A stretch of DNA of 64,000 bases from Syntrophomonadaceae bacterium. Lineage in GTDB: Bacteria; Bacteroidota; Ignavibacteria; Ignavibacteriales; SURF-24. Location of the stretch: positions 23,374 through 87,373 of the forward strand of contig JBLNAZ010000082.1 of assembly GCA_050259615.1 (NCBI GenBank), written 5' to 3'. How positions within the stretch are numbered: the stretch's first letter is position 1; each line of letters starts with the position of its first letter. A program made the translations under genes and the position numbers. Below the pieces are notes generated by a model that was given only the letters and a program-made list of their open reading frames with translations, searched no databases and was not told the origin of the DNA. Below are positions 8,908 to 19,058 of the stretch, piece after piece.

Positions 8908-9906
8908 CTATAATTTAAACTTCATTCTCAGCCATTCATACGCGGCGTTGATCTCTTTGGTTTTCCTTTCTGCCAGCTCAATCAGTTCCTCACCCAGGCT
9001 TGCTACTTTATCGGGATGGTACTTGGCCATTTCATCAATATATCTTTTTCTTATTTCGGATTTGGTTACTTTTCCCCTTAAACCCAGAATGACGCCAAAA
9101 TACCTTGTTTTTTCTTCATCTGATGAATCGGAAAAACTGAACTGGTATTCTTCTTTTCTATAGTCGGAAGAATTGTCTTTCCCCGAAGGCCCGGCTTTGC
9201 CGTGTTTTTCATGTCTTTCCGATTTTTCTTTTCTTTTTTGGCTGCTGCTGTGCTTTTTCCACTTTTCCCTGCTTTGGTCCGAAACGCTGAAAATGGAGCG
9301 GTAAAGCTCGTTTTTACCGGTAGTTTTATCCAGGTAATCAAGCATGGTGAGATTAAGATTATTCCAGTCCGTGTACCTCAACTTTTCAGCCGACTGTATG
9401 AGCAGTTTATCGGCAGAAACCGGGGCAAGATTGAGCCTGATTTTCTTTAGACGGTAACTGTCTGCAACCGGAGTTGCAATCTTAAAGATATGAGTAATCC
9501 ATTTGTCCTCTGCTGCGTGCAGTATAAGGTTATAAAGGATTAAATAATCTGTAATAACATTGCCTGCGGGCTGCTTTTCAATTAAAGAGCTGGAAAGGCA
9601 GATGCACTGAAGGCGGCCGGAGGCGGAAAAGATAAATTCGTTCAGCGTCTGATCAATATCGAGGTTAAACCATTTAAGAAATATGGTGTTGACCGCAGGA
9701 GTCCAGAAATGATTCTTAAACTCTATTGCCTGACGTATATTGTGCGTAAGATAACTGAATGAGAAATCAGACAGCCCGCTCTGAACTGAAGCTAAAGCGC
9801 TCCAGATCTGGGAATAGACTTCATCGTAAACGTCGAAAGCCTCTTCATACCTATCCATGCTGAACAGCAGGTCAGCTGCATCTCTTAACTTGGAAATGTC
9901 ACCCAT
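8908..9906 (-). CDS. J-domain (DnaJ-like) protein with uncharacterised N-terminal domain
   Basis: The C-terminal ~65 aa form a J domain with the HPD tripeptide (YFGVILGL...IRKRYIDEMAKYHPDK...INAAYEWL). It is preceded by a K/S/E-rich linker and a ~230-aa region with no motif I recognise. No zinc-finger or G/F region. Confidence 0.85.
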   Translation of the reverse strand: MGDISKLRDAADLLFSMDRYEEAFDVYDEVYSQIWSALASVQSGLSDFSFSYLTHNIRQAIEFKNHFWTPAVNTIFLKWFNLDIDQTLNEFIFSASGRLQCICLSSSLIEKQPAGNVITDYLILYNLILHAAEDKWITHIFKIATPVADSYRLKKIRLNLAPVSADKLLIQSAEKLRYTDWNNLNLTMLDYLDKTTGKNELYRSIFSVSDQSREKWKKHSSSQKRKEKSERHEKHGKAGPSGKDNSSDYRKEEYQFSFSDSSDEEKTRYFGVILGLRGKVTKSEIRKRYIDEMAKYHPDKVASLGEELIELAERKTKEINAAYEWLRMKFKL

Positions 9907-9998
9907 TTATAAAATTTCTAATTTTGAAAAGTGAATTTAGCAATACTTTGCGAAATATAAAAGAAAATGGATGACCTGAAAAGGGACTCTTTTAAGCT

Positions 9999-11324
9999 TT
10001 AATTTATCTCTCTGATTTTCTTCCAGAGCCTTTCTGCCTGAAGTCTTGCCTTTTCGTAAAACGGACTGGTATCAAAAGGAAAACTTCCTTCTTCGAGAAC
10101 AATCCTGCCGTTAATTATTACCGTTTCAACATTCTTTGAAGATAATCCGAAAATAATATGTCCTCCAAGGTTCTCAGATAATAAAGGCGTAGGGGATTGG
10201 TAATTAAACACAACAAGGTCAGCTGCAAAACCTTTCTCGATCTTTCCGAAATTTCTTTCAAAGTATTTATTAAGAATCAGGTTTCCATTCTGCAGGGCTT
10301 TAAGCAGGCCATCCAATGAAAAGTCCGCTCCGGCATCTGAACTTTTGTAGAAAGCCGTTTTCAGTTCTTCCAGCATGTCGGACCCAATGCCGTCAGTGCC
10401 CAGGGCGAGGTTATCAACGGATTTCAGCTTGTCTGAATATCCGACAGAATTGTTCATGTTTGAGCGCGGGTTATGCACAAGAAAAGACCCGCTGCGGTTT
10501 ATAAGATCAATATCATTTAGGCCAAGATGCACTCCGTGGGCCAGAATTGCCTTTTCATTCAGAAGGCCCGAGTTTTCCAGCCGCTCTGCAATGTCAAGAT
10601 CATGGTAATGATGTGAATAAGCTACGTCGTATCTGTCCTCGGCAGCGTGTATGTGAATGCCTCTTGCGGTTTCGCGTACTGTTTCAGAGAGCATCCTTAA
10701 GCTCCTGTCGCTTAAAGTGAACAGGGCATGAGCTCCTATTGCGCCTTCAATTAACCTGGATCTTTCCTCTTCTTGTTTTAAGCATTTCAGTTTACCAATA
10801 AACTCAACCGATTCCTCAATGCCTTCAAGAGTTCCTGTCTTTCCGTTTCTGTCCGTAACCTCATAGCACAGAATGCCGCGGAGTCCTGCCTTTAGAAATG
10901 ATTCTTTCAGCGTGTCGAGGGAGCCTTTAATAAATGAAGGCGATGCATTATGATCTATTACAGAAGTGGTGCCGCATTTTATAGCTTCAAGAGCACCAAT
11001 AACTCCGCTGTAATAAAGAGATTCTTCATCAAGTGCTCTATCCAGCCGCCACCATAGGTTCTTTAATATTCCGATAAAATCCCTGGATGGCTTAATTCCC
11101 GCCATTATGCCTCTTGCAAGCACTGAATAAAAATGATTATGCGAGCATACGAGACCGGGTGAGACGTACTTGCCCGTGCAGTCAATTACCCTGGCCTGGC
11201 TGTTATCCGGCGCGATATTGCTGCCCGCAGCAGTTATTTCACTTCCTTCAATTAAGACATCAATATTGTTTTTAACCGAAGGGGGATAGAAACTGATTAC
11301 GTTTGCATTTTTAAGTAATATCAT
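9999..11324 (-). CDS. ssnA: SsnA-type aminohydrolase (amidohydrolase superfamily)
   Basis: Metal motif CSHNHF, HIHAAED, and the block LKNLWWRLDRALDEESLYYSG that I recall as characteristic of E. coli SsnA. Its start overlaps the ygfK-like stop (ATGA). Confidence 0.88.
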   Translation of the reverse strand: MILLKNANVISFYPPSVKNNIDVLIEGSEITAAGSNIAPDNSQARVIDCTGKYVSPGLVCSHNHFYSVLARGIMAGIKPSRDFIGILKNLWWRLDRALDEESLYYSGVIGALEAIKCGTTSVIDHNASPSFIKGSLDTLKESFLKAGLRGILCYEVTDRNGKTGTLEGIEESVEFIGKLKCLKQEEERSRLIEGAIGAHALFTLSDRSLRMLSETVRETARGIHIHAAEDRYDVAYSHHYHDLDIAERLENSGLLNEKAILAHGVHLGLNDIDLINRSGSFLVHNPRSNMNNSVGYSDKLKSVDNLALGTDGIGSDMLEELKTAFYKSSDAGADFSLDGLLKALQNGNLILNKYFERNFGKIEKGFAADLVVFNYQSPTPLLSENLGGHIIFGLSSKNVETVIINGRIVLEEGSFPFDTSPFYEKARLQAERLWKKIREIN

Positions 11325-14300
11325 AACTGCCTCCCTCCATGGTATAATTCTTTAACTGAACTGCCCGGTATGAGATACCTGTAATTCTTGAGAACCAGCA
11401 CAATGGTTTTAATGAACTGATGAAAGGATTCATCCTGAAGGCTTGCTTCGAACGATGTAGTTATGACTTCTCCGAATCTGTCCAGCATTATTAGTCCTGT
11501 CTCATCTTCGTATCTTGCCAGGATAGAAGTTTCTGCGGATCCTTTATCCATTAAAAAACCGTTATTGCTGCTCCCGTAAAAGGATTTTTCATCGTAGAAT
11601 AGCGTGAGTTTATCCTTAAACGGGGAACCCTCGTGGGGACAGAAAGTTTCGCAGTTGCCGCAGCTGTTGCAAAGACTGTCGATGTGGAGTATCTGAAATC
11701 TGTCACTGAAGAGGTCGCAGTCTTCAGTTGAAACTGCAATGTTGGCGCGGTTCGGGCAAACCTCGACACAGATATTGCAAAGCAGATTGCAGTTCAGGCA
11801 TGCCCCAGCGCGGGTCTGATCGGAATTAGAAATATCTTTAATTACATTTCCCTTCAGGCTTACAATTCCGGAAAGGTCTCTTTTTTTATTATCTGATGTG
11901 CCGTTTTCTCCGGGCACAATTCCTTCCTTTGCAATTATATATTCTGCTGTTTTCTTTCCGTCTGAAATTGCATTTAATACGCTTGAAGGCCCCCTGAGAG
12001 CGTCTCCGCCAATAAATACATTATCCAGCACTGTTTCGTTTGAATTTATATTTACCCTTGGGCTAACGGCCTCATCTCCTGTTAAATTATTATTTCTTAA
12101 TAACTGATAATCTGTGTGTTCGCCTATTGCAGAAATTACCGTATCAATTTCAATCTCTTCAAATGAGCCATTTACAGCTCTTATGCCCATGCGTCCATCG
12201 GCCTCAGGAGCCGCGAGCTCCATTACCTGGCATTTAAGTGTGTTATCCTTAAAGCTAAAAGGCAGAAGGAGCTCTTTAATATTTATTCCTTCACTTATTG
12301 CTGCCTCAAGTTCCTCTTTATCGGCCGGCATGTATTTAATAGTCCTCCGGTAAATTATATACACCTGTTCCACGCCTTCAATTCTTCCGGCGGCTCTTGC
12401 CGAGTCCATTGCAGAATTGCCTCCGCCTATTACGGCTACATATTTCCCTAAAGAAAGTTTACTGCCGGAATTAAACGATCTTAAGAATTCAATTGCATTA
12501 TATATCCTGCCGGTTCCGCTTAATCCTGGTTCTGTTGACTCTGAGGCGCCAATGGCAACATAAATATATTTATAGCCGTCTTCCTTTAATTTCTGAACGG
12601 AGAAATTTCTATCAATATTGTAAATGAATTTTACGCCGTGTTTCTCAATGAATTCAACGTCGCGGTCAATTGCACTTTGAGGAATTCTGAAGTTAGGTAT
12701 TGAATGTCTGACAGTTCCCCCGGCTTTGGACTGGGTTTCGAAGACCGTAACATCAAAGCCTGCCTTTGCAAGAAAATATGCTGCCGTAAGTCCTGCCGGT
12801 CCGCCGCCTATTATTGCCGCCTTCGGGCTTCCGGGCTTAAGTGTTAAACTATCCCTGTTTTCCCTCATATATTGAACGAACCCGTTTTCTGCTGCTGATT
12901 TCTTCAGCTCACGTATCTGAACGGGCTCATCATATTCACGCCTTTGACAATTCCGCATGCAGTTGTGGTCGCAAATGTAGCCCGTAATATTAGGAAGCGG
13001 GTTTTTTTGGACAATGAGGTCAAAAGCTTTACTATAATTGCCTTCTTTTATAAAACTTATGTATTCCGGAATATCCTGATGTATCGGGCAGGCTTCAACA
13101 CACGGGGAAATGCAGCAGTCGAACATTTTCAGCTTTGATGTAACTTTTGGGGCAGTTACATTTTTTTTCGACTTACTGTAGTCTGCGTTTGTAAGAGAAT
13201 CCTCTGCCAGCTGTTTTAGTTTTTCAATATCAAGTATTTCCTTTGGAGAATCAGCCAGTATGATGCTTTCTTCTATAAGGTCTGCCATCTGCTTTAAGCG
13301 CATGTAACCGCCCGGCTTTAAGAGGTCCGTTACAAGCGTTACAGGATATATTCCTGTTTCTAGTATGGATAGGATGTTGCCTGAAACGGCTCCGCCAGAA
13401 AAAGATATATTGATTTTACCCGCAAACTCTTCTGCCAGGTGGTATGCAAGATTAACTGTCAGAGGGAAAAGAGTTCTTCCCGACATGTACATCTGACTTT
13501 CAGCAAATCTGTGTCTAATGTTATTTACCGGCAGTGTATTGGAAAGTTTTATGCCGAATGATTTTTTAAGACCTTCAGAAAAAGTTTGTAAGTTCTTAAT
13601 TAAGCTCACGGCCTCATCCATTTTTATGTCATGCCGAAAAGAACTTTCATCCAAAGAGAAATTACGTGACGTGGAATTAAGGATATTTTCAATCCGGTCA
13701 TACCCGAGAAGGGTAGGATTCAACTTAACAAAAGTATTAAGCTCTTTTTCCTTTAAGAGATATTCTGCAATTTTCTCAATCTCCCCCGGGGGGCAGCCGT
13801 GCATAGTAGAGAGCGTAACAGAATTGGACACCGCGGGTGAAATGCTTTCCAGCTGAGCGATTACTCTTTCAGTCAATTTCCCGGAACCTTTATTTTCAAG
13901 TGAGTCTCTGAATATGCGGAACAGTTTGCCCTGAGTGAAGGAAAGAACCGTATGCCGGTATTCGTCAAACAGGTCGTTTTTTGAAGCGTCTTTCAAACCT
14001 TCAATGAAATTATCCATTGTTTCATGCCTTATTCCGTCAAGATCATAACCCACACTCATATTGAAAACAAATGACCTCGTGGAATTATCTGAAAATCCGA
14101 ATGCAGCATTTAAGAAATGAATTAAAAACCACGCTTTCAAATATTCCCGGTATGAATCCTTAAGTGATAACTCCTGCGACCATTCCACATTGTAAGCTTC
14201 ATCCTCAGCATCAATACAGGGTCTGGCAACTTTTATATCATCCAGCTTCTGCACGGTTTTTAATTCGAAGAATCTTGCGCCGCAAAGAAAGGCTGTTACA

Positions 14301-14506
14301 ATGTTCTGCGACATCTGGGTGTGCGGGCCCGCAGCAGGACCAAGCGGAAGGTCGAGCCTCTGGCCGAAAATGCTGGCTGCATCATGCTTTCTCTTGTAGA
14401 AAAACTTTTCTTCAGGAATACCGAAAATAGACTTTTGATAAATGAATTCGCTTAGAATCCATTCAAGAAGGTCCTTTATGGCTACGGGCCTCATGCATTC
14501 GGACAT
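11321..14506 (-). CDS. ygfK: YgfK-type large Fe-S flavoprotein oxidoreductase (putative selenate reductase subunit YgfK family)
   Basis: The tracked ORF runs to 14644, but the conserved N-terminus begins MSECMRPVAIKDLLEWIL (ATG 14506). Motifs: GPAAGPHTQ/ELKTVQ TIM-barrel-like region, Rossmann motifs IIGGGPAGLTAA and VIGGGNSAMD, and Cys clusters (CCISPCVEACP, CLNCNLLCNICVEVCP, CNSCGNCETFCP). Confidence 0.88.
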   Translation of the reverse strand: MSECMRPVAIKDLLEWILSEFIYQKSIFGIPEEKFFYKRKHDAASIFGQRLDLPLGPAAGPHTQMSQNIVTAFLCGARFFELKTVQKLDDIKVARPCIDAEDEAYNVEWSQELSLKDSYREYLKAWFLIHFLNAAFGFSDNSTRSFVFNMSVGYDLDGIRHETMDNFIEGLKDASKNDLFDEYRHTVLSFTQGKLFRIFRDSLENKGSGKLTERVIAQLESISPAVSNSVTLSTMHGCPPGEIEKIAEYLLKEKELNTFVKLNPTLLGYDRIENILNSTSRNFSLDESSFRHDIKMDEAVSLIKNLQTFSEGLKKSFGIKLSNTLPVNNIRHRFAESQMYMSGRTLFPLTVNLAYHLAEEFAGKINISFSGGAVSGNILSILETGIYPVTLVTDLLKPGGYMRLKQMADLIEESIILADSPKEILDIEKLKQLAEDSLTNADYSKSKKNVTAPKVTSKLKMFDCCISPCVEACPIHQDIPEYISFIKEGNYSKAFDLIVQKNPLPNITGYICDHNCMRNCQRREYDEPVQIRELKKSAAENGFVQYMRENRDSLTLKPGSPKAAIIGGGPAGLTAAYFLAKAGFDVTVFETQSKAGGTVRHSIPNFRIPQSAIDRDVEFIEKHGVKFIYNIDRNFSVQKLKEDGYKYIYVAIGASESTEPGLSGTGRIYNAIEFLRSFNSGSKLSLGKYVAVIGGGNSAMDSARAAGRIEGVEQVYIIYRRTIKYMPADKEELEAAISEGINIKELLLPFSFKDNTLKCQVMELAAPEADGRMGIRAVNGSFEEIEIDTVISAIGEHTDYQLLRNNNLTGDEAVSPRVNINSNETVLDNVFIGGDALRGPSSVLNAISDGKKTAEYIIAKEGIVPGENGTSDNKKRDLSGIVSLKGNVIKDISNSDQTRAGACLNCNLLCNICVEVCPNRANIAVSTEDCDLFSDRFQILHIDSLCNSCGNCETFCPHEGSPFKDKLTLFYDEKSFYGSSNNGFLMDKGSAETSILARYEDETGLIMLDRFGEVITTSFEASLQDESFHQFIKTIVLVLKNYRYLIPGSSVKELYHGGRQL

Positions 14507-14815
14507 ATACAGGCTCCCTAAAATTGTTACGTAAAGAGCATTTAGTAACTGAAAAGCCGGCGAAAATCTTTGGTCAGAACGGAAAATTAAAGACAATATA
14601 AAAAGAATTTTTAAAATAATCCCAATACAAATTTTATTTGTCAAAAGTTGATATTAAAGAAAAAACTTATATTTTGCAGGGTACGTCTAAATTAATACAT
14701 GGTATTTTCAGCAAAATGATATCGCTGGCTCCAAATATTTTTAATAAAGCAGCTCTTTCAGGAATACTTCTTTCAATAAATGCCGTTCATTATAAAAACC
14801 ATAAAAGGATGATAT

Positions 14816-16000
14816 ATGGAACTTGCAAAGAGGATTTTAGAATGCGCACTGGGATATCAGCAATATACCGCAGAGAACCTTTCAAAATTAGTAAGGTGTA
14901 AATCTTTAAGCACGAAGGAAGAAAGTGCTGCCCTTGAACTAAAGGATATTATGACAAAGGCAGGCTTTGATGAAGTTGTAATAGACGGCCTCGGCAATGT
15001 AATAGGAAGAATAGGCTCAGGCAGTAAAGTAATTGCATTTGATGCCCATATAGATACTGTTGACGCGGGCAATTTGGAGAACTGGCACTTTGATCCCTTC
15101 GGCGGCGAAATTCAAGACGGATTTGTTCATGGGCGCGGCTCAGTAGACCAGAAGGGAGGTGCCGCAGCATTTGTCACCGCCGGAAAAATCATAAAGGAGC
15201 TGGGACTTTCAGAAGGTAAAACAATTTACTTCATCGGCTCAGTTATGGAGGAGGACTGCGACGGACTCTGCTGGAAATACATAATTGAGGAAGACAGGAT
15301 CAGACCAGGCTTTGTTGTTGTTACAGAGCCTACCAACCTTAATATCTACCGCGGGCATAGGGGCCGCATGGAAATTGAAATTGCGTTTCACGGCGTGTCA
15401 TCCCATGGAAGCGCCCCTGAAAGGGGAATAAACGCAATCTACATGGGATCAGGAACCGCCCTGAAAATAAAATCGCTCAATGAATGCCTTGCAGATGACG
15501 CTTTTCTCGGAAAAGGCTCTGTTACAGTTACAGAGTTCGTCTCCTCAAGCCCTTCTTTATGCGCTGTTGCTGATTACAGCAGAATACACCTCGACCGCAG
15601 GCTCACCTGGGGTGAAGACAGGGAAACGGCACTCCGCGAGGTACAGAATGTTATACTCGATTTGAATGCAAAAGCCGAAGTACTTACCTATAGCGGGAAA
15701 GCCTACACCGGCCTTGAATACGGTATGGAGAAATACTACCCCACCTGGAAGCTTGAAGAAAATGATCCCTTAATCCGCGCAGGAAAAGAAACCTTTGAAG
15801 AACTCTTTAATACTGATGCCTTTATTGATAAATGGACTTTCTCTACAAATGGGGTGGTCATAAAAGGGACCTATGGAATTCCTGTCCTGGGATTTGGACC
15901 CGGAGATGAGATTCTTGCGCATGCTCCTGATGAAAAGGTTCCTGTTGAGCATCTTTTTAAGGCGTCTGCATTCTATGCTTATCTGTGCAGTAAAGTGTAA
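14816..16000 (+). CDS. ygeY: YgeY-type M20 metallopeptidase/deacylase
   Basis: M20 motifs AHIDTV, GRGSVDQKG, MEEDCDG and HAPDE. It is adjacent to a ygeW-type gene, as in E. coli. Confidence 0.82.
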   Translation: MELAKRILECALGYQQYTAENLSKLVRCKSLSTKEESAALELKDIMTKAGFDEVVIDGLGNVIGRIGSGSKVIAFDAHIDTVDAGNLENWHFDPFGGEIQDGFVHGRGSVDQKGGAAAFVTAGKIIKELGLSEGKTIYFIGSVMEEDCDGLCWKYIIEEDRIRPGFVVVTEPTNLNIYRGHRGRMEIEIAFHGVSSHGSAPERGINAIYMGSGTALKIKSLNECLADDAFLGKGSVTVTEFVSSSPSLCAVADYSRIHLDRRLTWGEDRETALREVQNVILDLNAKAEVLTYSGKAYTGLEYGMEKYYPTWKLEENDPLIRAGKETFEELFNTDAFIDKWTFSTNGVVIKGTYGIPVLGFGPGDEILAHAPDEKVPVEHLFKASAFYAYLCSKV

Positions 16001-16038
16001 GTCATTTATAAATTTAATAAAGTAAACCGGGAGTATTT

Positions 16039-17049
16039 ATGGTTTCCAATCTTTACAGGAAGCACTTCCTGAGCGATGACGACTGGACGAGGCAGGAGCT
16101 TGATACCGCTTTTGAAACTGCATTCGACCTGAAGAAAATGTTTGCCCGCGGTGAGTCGCACAGGCTTCTTCAGGATAAAACACTTTTTAATATCTTCTTT
16201 GAGCAGTCAACACGCACAAGAAATTCAATGGAAGCGGGTATGACGCAGCTCGGCGGCCATGCGCACGACCTGACGGCAGACAAGATGCAGATCTCGCACG
16301 GCGAGTCGGCAAAGGATACAGCAATTATTTTGTCCCGAATGGGCCACGGCATCGCATGCAGAAACTGCTTTTACGGAACAGGAAAAAAGTACCTCGACGA
16401 AATGGCCAGGTACGCCACAGTGCCTGTTATGTCGCTTCAGGATGACGTTTATCACCCCTTCCAGGGACTAGCCGACCTGATGACGATATTTGAACACTTC
16501 GGGCGTAATACTAAAGGACTTAAAGTTACAGTCTCATGGGCTTTTGCCGATACGCATTCCAAACCCCTTTCTGTGCCTCAGACTCAGATCCTTCTTTTCC
16601 CGAGGTACGGAATAGATGTAACAGTAGCACACCCGGCGGAATTTCCGCTAAGCAAAAATATTATGGAAAAGGCGTGCAAGAATGCCATATCCGGAGGCGG
16701 AAGCCTCAGGTTTACAAATAATATGGATGAGGCATTTGAAGGAGCCCAGATTGTAATCCCTAAAAACTGGGGCGGCTTCGGCTTCTACAGCATGGAGGAT
16801 TATCTTAGTAATGAGGATGAATGCAAAAAGGAAATGAGAGCTAACATTATTAAATATAAAAGCTGGATATGTGATGAAAGAAGAATCAGACTGGCTGATA
16901 AAAATGTAAAGCTTATGCATGCACTTCCGGCCGACAGGGGGCATGAGGTTACAGATGAAATTCTTGATAACCCTGAAATATCAATTGTGTATGATGAGGC
17001 CGAAAACCGCCTCCATACAGCCAAGGCCATTATGTCTTTGACGATGTAA
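16039..17049 (+). CDS. ygeW: YgeW-type (knotted) carbamoyltransferase
   Basis: Carbamoyl-phosphate motif STRTR, plus HPFQ and HALPADRG. The blocks QISHGES, KPLSVPQ and DVTVAHP match my recollection of YgeW rather than OTC/ATC. Confidence 0.82.
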   Translation: MVSNLYRKHFLSDDDWTRQELDTAFETAFDLKKMFARGESHRLLQDKTLFNIFFEQSTRTRNSMEAGMTQLGGHAHDLTADKMQISHGESAKDTAIILSRMGHGIACRNCFYGTGKKYLDEMARYATVPVMSLQDDVYHPFQGLADLMTIFEHFGRNTKGLKVTVSWAFADTHSKPLSVPQTQILLFPRYGIDVTVAHPAEFPLSKNIMEKACKNAISGGGSLRFTNNMDEAFEGAQIVIPKNWGGFGFYSMEDYLSNEDECKKEMRANIIKYKSWICDERRIRLADKNVKLMHALPADRGHEVTDEILDNPEISIVYDEAENRLHTAKAIMSLTM

Positions 17050-17067
17050 CAAAGATTTTTATCAGAA

Positions 17068-18321
17068 ATGAGTTGTATGATGAAAGATGAATTTTATTAT
17101 TTATGCAGCTCCTGCGGCAGGGCGTATCCCATATCAAAAGATTTAATGCTATGCCCCGGATGCCGCGAAAGGGACCTGAAGGGAAAGCCCCTTAAAGGCG
17201 TTCTTAAGGTTATGCTTCCACAGCGCCTGAGGAATTCTAAAAAGCCGGGTGAGACTTATGACATTTTTGACTATCTGCCCGTGGAAAAGGAATTTTTCCC
17301 GCCAATTCCCGTCGGCAATACGCCTCTTATACAAGCTCATAACCTTGAAAAAAAAATCGGGTTTAATAATATTTACCTGAAATTTGACGGCACCAACCCT
17401 ACGGCTTCATATAAGGACAGGGCTTCTTATCTTGTTTCTGCTTTGGCAATTAAGTGGAATGAAAATAATATCGCTATAGCATCAACCGGTAATGCAGCCT
17501 CCTCGATGTCGGGCATTGCTGCCTCGGCAGGCCAGAAAGTATTTGTCTTTATGCCTTCTAAAGCTCCCAGGGCAAAGCTCGTGCAGTGCCTTCAGTATGG
17601 CGCCACTCTTATTCCTGTAAACGGTACTTACGATGATGCATTTGACCTGTCGCTGGAATTTTCAGATTTGACAGGCATCCTGAACAGAAATACGGCCTAT
17701 AATCCTATGACGCTCGAAGGAAAGAAAACTGCCGCCTTTGAAATTCTAAGGCAGATGAAGGGAACGGGTATAAGCCACCTGTTCCTGCCTGTTGGCGACG
17801 GCGTAATATTAAGCGGCATTATTAAAGGATTTATGGATTTAAGATTCCTGGGGCTTATTGAGGAAATTCCTCAGATTGTAGGAGTTCAGGCCGAGGGAAG
17901 CTCTTTTCTTTTTAAGGCTTTTAATGAGAATGTTTATGACCTCCACTATTCAGCCTGCACACAGGCTGATTCAATTTCAGTCAATGCAGCCCGTAATGCC
18001 TACACTGCCGTAAGGGACCTTCAGCATGTAAATGGCAAAATGGTTCTTGTAAGCGACAATGATATACTCGAAGCTCAGAAAACTGTTTCTGAACTTTCAG
18101 GCATATTCTGCGAGCCCTCTTCAGCAGCTGCATTTGCGGGATTCGTTAAAATGAAAGAGGAGATGCCTCAGCCTTCTAACGCGGTTATTCTTCTTACCGG
18201 ACACGGCCTGAAGGATATTGAAGTTTCCTCAAAAAAGCTTAAATTTCCTCAGGCTTTTGAACCTGATATTAAGTATATAATTAAAAAGCTTGAATTAAAG
18301 GAAAGTCTGATCAGCAAATGA
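17068..18321 (+). CDS. threonine-synthase-like fold-type II PLP enzyme with N-terminal zinc ribbon
   Basis: CSSCG...CPGC ribbon, PLP-lysine context NPTASYKDRAS, GNAASS. Confidence 0.8.
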   Translation: MSCMMKDEFYYLCSSCGRAYPISKDLMLCPGCRERDLKGKPLKGVLKVMLPQRLRNSKKPGETYDIFDYLPVEKEFFPPIPVGNTPLIQAHNLEKKIGFNNIYLKFDGTNPTASYKDRASYLVSALAIKWNENNIAIASTGNAASSMSGIAASAGQKVFVFMPSKAPRAKLVQCLQYGATLIPVNGTYDDAFDLSLEFSDLTGILNRNTAYNPMTLEGKKTAAFEILRQMKGTGISHLFLPVGDGVILSGIIKGFMDLRFLGLIEEIPQIVGVQAEGSSFLFKAFNENVYDLHYSACTQADSISVNAARNAYTAVRDLQHVNGKMVLVSDNDILEAQKTVSELSGIFCEPSSAAAFAGFVKMKEEMPQPSNAVILLTGHGLKDIEVSSKKLKFPQAFEPDIKYIIKKLELKESLISK

Positions 18322-18995
18322 CTTCAGGATTTGAGAAGAAAAGGTTTTCGGGCATAGTACTTGCGGCCGGATTTTCATCCAGAATGAATACGTGGAAGAT
18401 GGAACTTAGTATAAAAGGACGCCCTCTGCTGTATTATACATTAAGACCGATGCTGGAAGTGTGCACAGAGATTATCGTTGTAGGCGGATACAGCATTGAA
18501 AGGCTCTCTGAACTGATTGAATCAGTTTGCAGAACGGAAGGGTTTGAGAAGGAGAATGTCAGGCTCGTTAATAACAGTGACTTCCGGAAAGGAATGTTCT
18601 CTTCTGTAAGAAGCGGGCTTCGGGAAGTTAATACTGATTCTGATGGCATTTTTATTATGCCTGGAGATATGCCTTTTGTGAATCTTGATACATATAGGAA
18701 GCTAGCGGATTTACTGGATTCTGAAAATAATAAGGATATTATTTTTCCGGCTGCTCTCGTGGCTTCGGCCGATGGCGGGAAGCGCTGGAAGAAAGGGCAT
18801 CCTGTCCTTTTGAGAAAAAGAGTAAAGGACCTGATCATTCAGAATGAAAATGAAGCTGTCTTCCGCGATGTACTGAAGCCGTTTAGTTATGAGCTCTGCC
18901 CTGTTACCGACGATGGGATCTGCTTTGATATTGATGATGAAACGGACCTTGAAAAAGCACTGTCGTATATGGAAAACAGATACAATTATTCTTGA
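18318..18995 (+). CDS. mocA: MocA/YgfJ-like molybdenum cofactor nucleotidyl(cytidylyl)transferase
   Basis: MobA-like NTP-transferase N-terminus GIVLAAGFSSRM, plus PGDMPFV. ATGA overlap with the upstream gene. Confidence 0.75.
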   Translation: MTSGFEKKRFSGIVLAAGFSSRMNTWKMELSIKGRPLLYYTLRPMLEVCTEIIVVGGYSIERLSELIESVCRTEGFEKENVRLVNNSDFRKGMFSSVRSGLREVNTDSDGIFIMPGDMPFVNLDTYRKLADLLDSENNKDIIFPAALVASADGGKRWKKGHPVLLRKRVKDLIIQNENEAVFRDVLKPFSYELCPVTDDGICFDIDDETDLEKALSYMENRYNYS

Positions 18996-19058
18996 AATAA
19001 ATTTTTTCCTAAATAAGCTATTCCTAAATAAGTGTTTCTTAATAAAAGGGAAATTGCC

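Noticed and set aside
14507-14644. 46-codon N-terminal extension of the YgfK-like ORF (MTNKICIGIILKILFILSLIF...)
   Set aside because: The conserved YgfK-type N-terminus (M..MRP...L...I) starts at ATG 14506. The extension is AT-rich promoter-like DNA that happens to be open.
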